Assembly: GCA_011051655.1 (NCBI GenBank)
Contig: DRKS01000053.1
Span: 11,790-75,789, forward strand
DNA: 64,000 bases
Source: Sedimenticola sp.
Lineage (GTDB): Bacteria > Pseudomonadota > Gammaproteobacteria > Chromatiales > Chromatiaceae
Direction: 5' to 3'
The first letter of the stretch is position 1. Every line of letters starts with the position of its first letter. Below are positions 57,979-64,000 of this stretch, one piece after another. The notes beneath the pieces were generated by a model, which was given only the letters and a program-made list of their open reading frames with translations, was not told the DNA's origin and made no database searches. Both the position numbers and the translations under genes were made by a program.

Positions 57979-59298
57979 TCAAGCGCCGTTGCCGGGACCA
58001 GGGGCCCGGCCCGTTCTCGCCGGCGGAAAACGGCAGGAAAACGTGCTGCCCTTGCCCTCTTTGCTGGTGATTTGCAGTTTGCTGCCGTGGCGGTTCAGGA
58101 CGTGCTTGACGATGGCCAGCCCCAGGCCGGTGCCCCCGGATTCGCGGGAGCGGGCGGCGTCCACCCGGTAGAAGCGCTCGGTGAGCCGGGGGATGTGGCG
58201 CGCCGGGATGCCCTCCCCCGTGTCGCTGACGGAAAAGACGGCGCCCCGGCCGTCGGCCTCCCAGCGGATCCGGATCTCAGATCCCCCCGGCGTGTGCCGC
58301 ACGGCGTTGAACACCAGGTTGGAGAAGGCGGCCCGCAGTTCCTTCTCATCGCCCTTCAGCAGGAGGCCGGGGTCCGCGTCGAGGCTGATGCGGTGGCGGG
58401 CCTGGCCGCTCAGCACCCCGGCCTCTTCCGCGATGCCGGCCAGCAGCCTGGCGACGGCCACCGGCTCTCCCGCGGGCTCCTCCTCGTTCATCTCCAGGCG
58501 GGACAGCACCAGCAGGTCGTTGATGGTGTCCGCCATGCGTTTTGCCTGCTGGCGCATCAGCGAGATGGAGTTTCCCCAGGTCTCCGCCATCCTTTCGTCT
58601 TCCTCCATGGTCTCCAGAAAGCCGGAAACCACGGTCAGGGGGGTGCGCAGCTCATGGGAGACGTTGGCGACAAAGTCCCGCCGGGCGCGGTCCAGGTGGT
58701 ACAGGCGGGTGATGTCCCGGGCCACCACCAGATGCTGGCGGCGGCTCCGGCCGAAGGAGGTGATCATCAGGGACAGCACCTTGGTCTTGTCCACCGGAGA
58801 GGTGAGTTCCAGCGGCCGGCCGTAGTCGCCTTTGGAGAGGTAGTCCGCCAAAACCGGGTGTTGCATCAGGCGGCCGAAGTCCTTCCCCGCGGCCTGGGGC
58901 CACTCCAGGCCCAGCAGCGCCCGGGCGGCGGGATTGCACCACTCGATATGGCCCTGGTCTCCGAGAATGACGGTCGCATCCGGCAGGGCGGCGGCCGCTT
59001 CCCGGAAGCGGCTGAAATAACGGACCAGGCGGCGCTTTCGTTTCCGGCTCTTGGCCTGAAGCTGCCTGATGCGTTCGAAGATCCCCCTCCAGAGGCCGCC
59101 GGGAAAGGGCGGTCGCAGCGGCCGGTTTTCACGCAGCAGGCGGGACAGGCGCAGAAGCTGGCGGAAGTGCCAGCCCAGGTAGACAATGGCCCCCGCCAGT
59201 AGCAGCGGAACCGGATGGCCGCTGAGAAGGCCGGCGGCGGCCGATACGAGGGTGATTGCGGCGAGACGGATCAGCTCGGTGTTGCGGGGACTGGTCAC
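57979..59298 (-). CDS. phoR: Phosphate regulon sensor histidine kinase PhoR
   Basis: N-terminal LGWHFRQLLRLSRLL...KRKRRLVRYFSRFREAAAALPDA (PhoR-specific region). Followed by a PAS domain, the H-box SHELRTPLT, and the N/G boxes. GTG start at 59298 inferred; the longest ORF reaches 59418. Confidence 0.88.
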   Translation of the reverse strand: MTSPRNTELIRLAAITLVSAAAGLLSGHPVPLLLAGAIVYLGWHFRQLLRLSRLLRENRPLRPPFPGGLWRGIFERIRQLQAKSRKRKRRLVRYFSRFREAAAALPDATVILGDQGHIEWCNPAARALLGLEWPQAAGKDFGRLMQHPVLADYLSKGDYGRPLELTSPVDKTKVLSLMITSFGRSRRQHLVVARDITRLYHLDRARRDFVANVSHELRTPLTVVSGFLETMEEDERMAETWGNSISLMRQQAKRMADTINDLLVLSRLEMNEEEPAGEPVAVARLLAGIAEEAGVLSGQARHRISLDADPGLLLKGDEKELRAAFSNLVFNAVRHTPGGSEIRIRWEADGRGAVFSVSDTGEGIPARHIPRLTERFYRVDAARSRESGGTGLGLAIVKHVLNRHGSKLQITSKEGKGSTFSCRFPPARTGRAPGPGNGA

Positions 59299-59336
59299 AA
59301 GGGTCCTGGCTTGCCTATACGGACACGGGCTAACGC

Positions 59337-59762
59337 TTACGCCTGCAATACGAAGCGGAACACAAAAGGGGATTCGGATGTCCCGATGACCAGCAGGTCG
59401 CCGTCTTTCAACGGGCACTCGCCGCCTGCATCATGCCCGCCTATTTTGTTGCTGCCCACCAGGGTGCCGCAGGCGCTGCCCCTGTCCAGGACGCGGTAGC
59501 CGCCATCCCCGTCACGCTCGATCTGCAGGTGCTGGCGTGACACGTTCAGCATCCTGCCCCGGTCCTGGAGATAGAGGTCGTTGTTCGGATTGGGGTCGCC
59601 GGAGCGCCGCCGCTCCGCAAGCCGGGGCATGCCGCTCACCATTTCGATGCGGGACTCCCGCCCGATGCGGAAGGGGAAATGGTCCAGCACCAGCCGTTCG
59701 CCGCCGATGGAGGCCTCGGCCTCCGGGGTCAGGGCCACCAATACGGGATTTTCTTCAGCCAT
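59337..59762 (-). CDS. FHA-domain protein
   Basis: FPFRIGRES...VSRQHLQIERDGDGGYRVLDRGSACGTLVG...GDLLVIG. Confidence 0.85.
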   Translation of the reverse strand: MAEENPVLVALTPEAEASIGGERLVLDHFPFRIGRESRIEMVSGMPRLAERRRSGDPNPNNDLYLQDRGRMLNVSRQHLQIERDGDGGYRVLDRGSACGTLVGSNKIGGHDAGGECPLKDGDLLVIGTSESPFVFRFVLQA

Positions 59763-59788
59763 TGGGTATCTCTTCTCCAGACCGGTTC

Positions 59789-61165
59789 TTATTGCTCTTT
59801 GGGCGTCACCGCCCGGGTTTCGCCCACGAACATGATGGCGGGAAAGTTGTGCTTCAGCTCCTTGCTGTAGAAATTGCGCATGATCACGCCGTCGGGGAAG
59901 CGGATGCGGGTGCCTGCCGGCAGGTCCGTCACCGGCGCCGCCAGCCAGGCCGACAGGCCGTCATCCCGCTTCACCACCAGATAGCTGTAGCCGGAGGTCC
60001 TGATGTGCCGGATGATCACCGCCTCGTTGGGCAGCGTTCTCCGCCGCGCCTCGCGCCGGGACAGCTCCGCCCGCTGCGCCGCGGCCTCCGCGGGCGTGGC
60101 CCAATAGCCGATATCGCCCTTTTCGTTGAAAGTGGCATATTCCACGCTGCGCTTGTAACCGTCCAGGTTGGTGCCGCCGATGATGTAGAGACGGTCGTTC
60201 ACGGCCAGGGCATTGAACCCCTCGCGCCTGGACGGCAGGGCGGTGGTGGGTTCCCATTTGGAGAGGCCGCCATCCGCGTTTATCCGGCTCTTTTCGATGC
60301 TGTCCAGGTAGGCCGCCCCGTCGAGGCCGCCCAGGGCATAGAGGTAGCCGCCGTGCAGGGCGGTGGCCAGGCCGTAGCGCCCCGTGCGCAGGGGTTCGGC
60401 GGTTCTCCAGGGCTCCAGCCAGCCCTCCGCGTCCTCCCGGCTCCATTCGATATCGGGGATGCCGACGCCCCTCTCCTTGTCGTGGCCGCCGATCACATAG
60501 ACCCGGCCGCCCACGGCCTTTACCCCCTGGATGTAGCGCGGCAGGTTCATGCTGTCCAGCAGCACCTCCCACTCACCCAGGGTGCCGTCCGGCCAGATCT
60601 CGGCGCGTTCCACGGAATCCAGCAGGATGCCGCCGAAGCCGCCGAAGACGTAGATATGGTTGCCGAGGACCGCCAGCTTGGTGCAGCGGCGCTTGGTGTT
60701 CAGCCTGGATTGCTCCAGCGACCACTCACCCAGGGTGCCATCGGGCCGGATCTCGGCGCGTTCCACGGAATCCAGCAGGATCTTGCCGTAGGCCCCCCTG
60801 CCGCCCCCCACGGCATAGACATGGTTCCCATGCCGCGCCACGGAGAAGAAACCGCGCTCGACGTTGAGGGCCGGGCCGGGCCGCCACTGCGTCAACGAGC
60901 CATCCGGATTGATCCTGGCGTATTCGCCGGAGCGCAGGAAATCCTTGCCGTCCACCCCGCCGATGACGTGGATGACCCCGCCGGTTTCGATGGCGGCCGC
61001 CCCGCTCCTGGGGGTCAGCATGGACGGCCCCTCGCGCCAGCCGGGCGTCCACACCAGGTCTGCCCCGGCCCCGCCCGCCTTCGAAGACGCCGCCGCGCCC
61101 TGATTGCAGACGCCAATCAAAACGGCCAGGAAAAGGAGGGGGAGAATACGGGGAGGGGAGGTCAT
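59789..61165 (-). CDS. Secreted Kelch-repeat beta-propeller protein with an unassigned C-terminal domain
   Basis: Signal peptide, then six or more blades of the hxVxGG...W type (IHVIGG, VYAVGG, IYVFGG, VYVIGG, LYALGG, LYIIGG). The last ~100 aa belong to no family I recognise. Confidence 0.85.
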   Translation of the reverse strand: MTSPPRILPLLFLAVLIGVCNQGAAASSKAGGAGADLVWTPGWREGPSMLTPRSGAAAIETGGVIHVIGGVDGKDFLRSGEYARINPDGSLTQWRPGPALNVERGFFSVARHGNHVYAVGGGRGAYGKILLDSVERAEIRPDGTLGEWSLEQSRLNTKRRCTKLAVLGNHIYVFGGFGGILLDSVERAEIWPDGTLGEWEVLLDSMNLPRYIQGVKAVGGRVYVIGGHDKERGVGIPDIEWSREDAEGWLEPWRTAEPLRTGRYGLATALHGGYLYALGGLDGAAYLDSIEKSRINADGGLSKWEPTTALPSRREGFNALAVNDRLYIIGGTNLDGYKRSVEYATFNEKGDIGYWATPAEAAAQRAELSRREARRRTLPNEAVIIRHIRTSGYSYLVVKRDDGLSAWLAAPVTDLPAGTRIRFPDGVIMRNFYSKELKHNFPAIMFVGETRAVTPKEQ

Positions 61166-61170
61166 GGGAG

Positions 61171-61328
61171 CGTTGACGGTTTGCGGTTAACGGTTGACGG
61201 TTGTTTAATTCTAGCTGGTCGGCGGCCAGAAACCATGCGGAACATCATGCCAGGCGCGATCTCCCCCCAACCATTAACTGATAACTGACAACTGATAACT
61301 GATAACTGTCAACTGATAACCGTAAACT
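61171..61328. repeat. Largest heptamer locus: inverted arms flanking a ~65-bp spacer in a divergent promoter region
   Basis: Left arm is GTTGACG GTTTGCG GTTAACG GTTGACG GTTGTTT (61171..61208). Right arm is TAACTGA TAACTGA CAACTGA TAACTGA TAACTGT CAACTGA TAACCGT AAACT (61274..61328). Confidence 0.93.
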
Positions 61329-61334
61329 ATTCTT

Positions 61335-62294
61335 ATGTCCAATCAACCTTCTGTCCGCGTCTATGCCGGCGAAGAACTCGCCCGCTACGGCTTCGGCGAC
61401 GGCCATCCCTTTGGCCCGGACCGGTTCGACGCCTTCTGGCGCGAGTTCACCCGGCGGGGGCTCAACCACCGGGTCCAGGTCGCCGGCCCGGTGCGGGCCA
61501 GCCGCGACGCCATCGAGCGCTTTCATACCGCCAACTATGTCTCCAGGGTCAAGGCCATGTCGCAGACGGGCGGCGGTTACCTGGACCAGGGCGATACCCC
61601 CGCCTTTGCCGGCGCCTACGAGGCCGCCGCCTTTGTCGTCGGCAGCGTGCTGGATGCGCTGGAGGGGATCCCGGGGGGAGAGTGCAGGCGCGCCTTTGTC
61701 CCCATCGCCGGGCTGCACCATGCGCGCCGTGATTCGGCGGCCGGCTTCTGCGTGTTCAACGATTGCGGCATCGCCATCGAGACCCTGCGCGCCCGCCATG
61801 GCGTACGGCGGGTGGCCTACGTCGACATCGACGCCCACCATGGCGATGGCGTCTTCTACGCCTTCGAGCAGGATCCCGATCTGATCTTCGCCGACCTGCA
61901 CGAAGACGGCCGCTTTCTCTATCCGGGCACGGGCTTGGCCTGCGAGACCGGCAAGGGCCCGGCCGCCGGAACCAAGCTCAATATCCCCCTGCCGCCCGGC
62001 GCGGATGACCGGGCTTTTCTCCGGGCCTGGCCCAGGGTGGAGGCCTTTATCGCCGAGGCGCAGCCGGAGTTCATCATCCTGCAATGCGGGGCCGACAGCA
62101 TCGGCGGCGACCCGCTCACCCATCTCCAATACAGCCCCGAGGCCCACGCCCATGCGGCGGCGTCGCTGGCCGCTATCGCCGATGCCGCCTGTGGCGGCCG
62201 GCTGCTGGCCGTGGGCGGGGGCGGCTACAACCGGGACAATCTGGCCCGTGCCTGGACGGCGGTCGTCGAGGCGATGATCCCCACGGGCGAGTAG
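61335..62294 (+). CDS. Histone deacetylase-family protein (AcuC/acetylpolyamine amidohydrolase-like)
   Basis: GLHHARRDSAAGFCVFND, DIDAHHGDG and GGGGYN motifs. Confidence 0.9.
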   Translation: MSNQPSVRVYAGEELARYGFGDGHPFGPDRFDAFWREFTRRGLNHRVQVAGPVRASRDAIERFHTANYVSRVKAMSQTGGGYLDQGDTPAFAGAYEAAAFVVGSVLDALEGIPGGECRRAFVPIAGLHHARRDSAAGFCVFNDCGIAIETLRARHGVRRVAYVDIDAHHGDGVFYAFEQDPDLIFADLHEDGRFLYPGTGLACETGKGPAAGTKLNIPLPPGADDRAFLRAWPRVEAFIAEAQPEFIILQCGADSIGGDPLTHLQYSPEAHAHAAASLAAIADAACGGRLLAVGGGGYNRDNLARAWTAVVEAMIPTGE

Positions 62295-62299
62295 GGGTT

Positions 62300-64000
62300 T
62301 CAGTTCCCCAGGATGGCCCTCAGGTTGGCCAGATGCGCCGTGCCGCGCTCTTGCTTTTCCTGCGCAGTCGCTTCGCCGCCGCGTCCTTCCCACACCAGGT
62401 CCTCCTGCGGCAGTTCGTCCAGGAAGCGGCTGGGCTGGCAGGCCGTGGTTTCGCCGAAGCGCTTGCGTTTGGCGGCAAAGCTGAGGGTGAGGCTGCGCCG
62501 GGCGCGGGTGATGCCGACGTAGGCGAGGCGGCGTTCCTCTTCGATGTTGTCCTCTTCGATGCTGCTGCGGTGGGGCAGCAGCTCTTCTTCCATGCCGACC
62601 AGGAAGACGTGGGGGAACTCCAGTCCCTTGGCGGAGTGCAGGGTCATGAGATGGACCTGGTCGCCGCCTTCTTCTTCGTTCTGGCGTTCCAGCATGTCCA
62701 TGAGGGTGAGGTGGTTGACCATCCCGGCCAGGGTCTGGCCCTGGAGTTCGCCTTTATGCAGGTGGCCCAGCCACTGGATCAGCTCTTCGATGTTCTCCAT
62801 GCGCTGTTGCGCCGCGCGGTCGCTGCTGCTGGTCTCATGGAGCCAATCCTCGTAGGCCATATCCCGGATCAGCCGGCGCAGGGTGTCGATGGGGTCGCCC
62901 GTGCCGGCGCGGCGCCGGAGGTCTTCGATCCAGTGGCAGAACTCGCCCAGCCTGTCCCGGGCGCGCCGGGCCAGCGTCTGCTCCAGCCCGAATTCGCCGC
63001 AGGCCTGGAGCAGGCTGACCTTGCGCTGGCCGGCGTAGCGGGTCAGCTTTTCCAGGGTGGAGGGGCCGATCTCCCGCCGCGGCACGTTGACGATGCGCAG
63101 GAAGGCGGCGTCGTCATCGGGGTTCGCCAGCAGGCGCAGGTAGGCCATGAGGTCCTTGATTTCGGTGCGGGCGAAAAAGGAGGTGCCGCCGTTGAGAAAG
63201 TAGGGGATGTGGTGCTCCCGCAGCACCTTTTCGAAAATACGGGCCTGGTGGTTGCTCCGGTAGAGGATGGCATAGTCGCCGTGGCGCGTGCCCTTGCTGA
63301 AGCGGTGGTGCAGGATCTCGGAGACCACCCGCCGGGCCTCGTGCTCCTCGTTGCGGCACTCCAGCACCCGCAGGGGCTCCCCCGGCCCCAGTTCGCTCCA
63401 GAGCCTTTTTTCGAAGACGTGGGGGTTGTTCCCGATCAGCCGGTTGGCGCTGCGCAGGATGCGCCCGGAGGAGCGGTAGTTCTGCTCCAGCTTGATGACT
63501 TTGAGGCGGGGGAAGTCCTGCTTCAGCCGCGCCAGGTTTTCCGGGCGGGCGCCGCGCCAGGCGTAGATGGACTGGTCGTCGTCGCCCACCACGGTAAAGG
63601 CGGCGTGCCTGCCCACCAGCATGCGCACCAGTTCGTACTGGCTGCCGTTGGTGTCCTGGTATTCGTCCACCAGCAGGTGGCGGATGCGGTTCTGCCAGCG
63701 CTCCAGGGCCTCGGGGCGCTGGCGGAAAAGCCGTACCGGCAGCCCGATGAGGTCGTCGAAGTCCACTGCGTTGTAGGCCTCCAGGGCGCGCTGGTATTCG
63801 GCGTAGAGCAGGGCGGCGCGGGCCTCCGGGTCATCCTGGGCGCGGGACAGGGCCTGCGCCGGGGAGAGCAGGTCGTTCTTCCAGGCGGAGATGCGCCACA
63901 GGCCGTTGCGGGCGCTGTCGTCATCGCCCGCCGGGGCCTTGCGCAGCAGCTCCCGCAGCAGGGCCTCGGCGTCCTGGGCGTCGTAGATGGAAAACCCCGG
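62300..64000 (-). CDS. rep: ATP-dependent DNA helicase Rep (C-terminal ~565 aa; the 5' end lies beyond the window)
   Basis: LLVDEYQDTNGSQYELVRMLVG, VVGDDDQSIYAWRGA, LEQNYRS and TLHSAKGLEF motifs. The reading frame stays open to position 64000 (…YDAQDAEALLREL…). Confidence 0.9.
   Translation of the reverse strand, partial: PGFSIYDAQDAEALLRELLRKAPAGDDDSARNGLWRISAWKNDLLSPAQALSRAQDDPEARAALLYAEYQRALEAYNAVDFDDLIGLPVRLFRQRPEALERWQNRIRHLLVDEYQDTNGSQYELVRMLVGRHAAFTVVGDDDQSIYAWRGARPENLARLKQDFPRLKVIKLEQNYRSSGRILRSANRLIGNNPHVFEKRLWSELGPGEPLRVLECRNEEHEARRVVSEILHHRFSKGTRHGDYAILYRSNHQARIFEKVLREHHIPYFLNGGTSFFARTEIKDLMAYLRLLANPDDDAAFLRIVNVPRREIGPSTLEKLTRYAGQRKVSLLQACGEFGLEQTLARRARDRLGEFCHWIEDLRRRAGTGDPIDTLRRLIRDMAYEDWLHETSSSDRAAQQRMENIEELIQWLGHLHKGELQGQTLAGMVNHLTLMDMLERQNEEEGGDQVHLMTLHSAKGLEFPHVFLVGMEEELLPHRSSIEEDNIEEERRLAYVGITRARRSLTLSFAAKRKRFGETTACQPSRFLDELPQEDLVWEGRGGEATAQEKQERGTAHLANLRAILGN

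Overview
GC-rich, densely coding proteobacterial chromosomal window. Gene order looks beta/gamma-proteobacterial; I cannot assign a species. I support about 60 protein genes, one riboswitch and several families of intergenic repeats. I recognised no rRNA, tRNA, CRISPR array, transposase or integrase.

Left to right:
- Carbamate kinase (partial) and ornithine carbamoyltransferase.
- nqrABCDEF, followed 9 nt later by a hexaheme c-type cytochrome and a cytochrome b / 2x[4Fe-4S] / MvhD fusion protein.
- Methyl-cycle cluster: metK, SAH riboswitch, ahcY, metF.
- Central-carbon cluster: tkt-gap-pgk-pyk.
- A 3-gene cluster of a heptaheme cytochrome flanked by two small 2-TM proteins.
- purC, an HExxH protein, typA, pip, dtd.
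- hisB-H-A-F, a SYLF protein, hisE, then tatA-B-C. TatC carries a FimV-C-terminal-like tail.
- Pentapeptide protein, Usp, Na/Pi-PhoU transporter, and a two-domain PPK2 (polyP:AMP phosphotransferase).
- ppk2 is translationally coupled (TAATG) to a DUF4231/SLATT 2-TM gene, which is followed by a membrane-anchored TIR protein with a periplasmic peptidoglycan-binding domain. This is my top candidate for an undescribed conflict or abortive-infection-like system.
- yhcB, an ABC exporter, M23 peptidase, tolC, GT2 plus GT-C/TPR glycosylation pair, DAACS transporter.
- PilZ protein and a GAF-PAS-GGDEF-EAL protein, rdgC, then Kelch-FHA-phoR, an HDAC-like gene and rep (partial).

The intergenic space is unusually structured. 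It contains heptanucleotide tandem arrays (TGACAAC / TAACTGA / CGTCAAC family), often as inverted arms. It also contains two MITE-like elements with 21- and 29-bp perfect terminal inverted repeats, and several REP-like palindromes.

All calls come from reading the translated ORFs and the DNA by eye. Start codons were refined by me and remain uncertain by a few codons. No database search was run.
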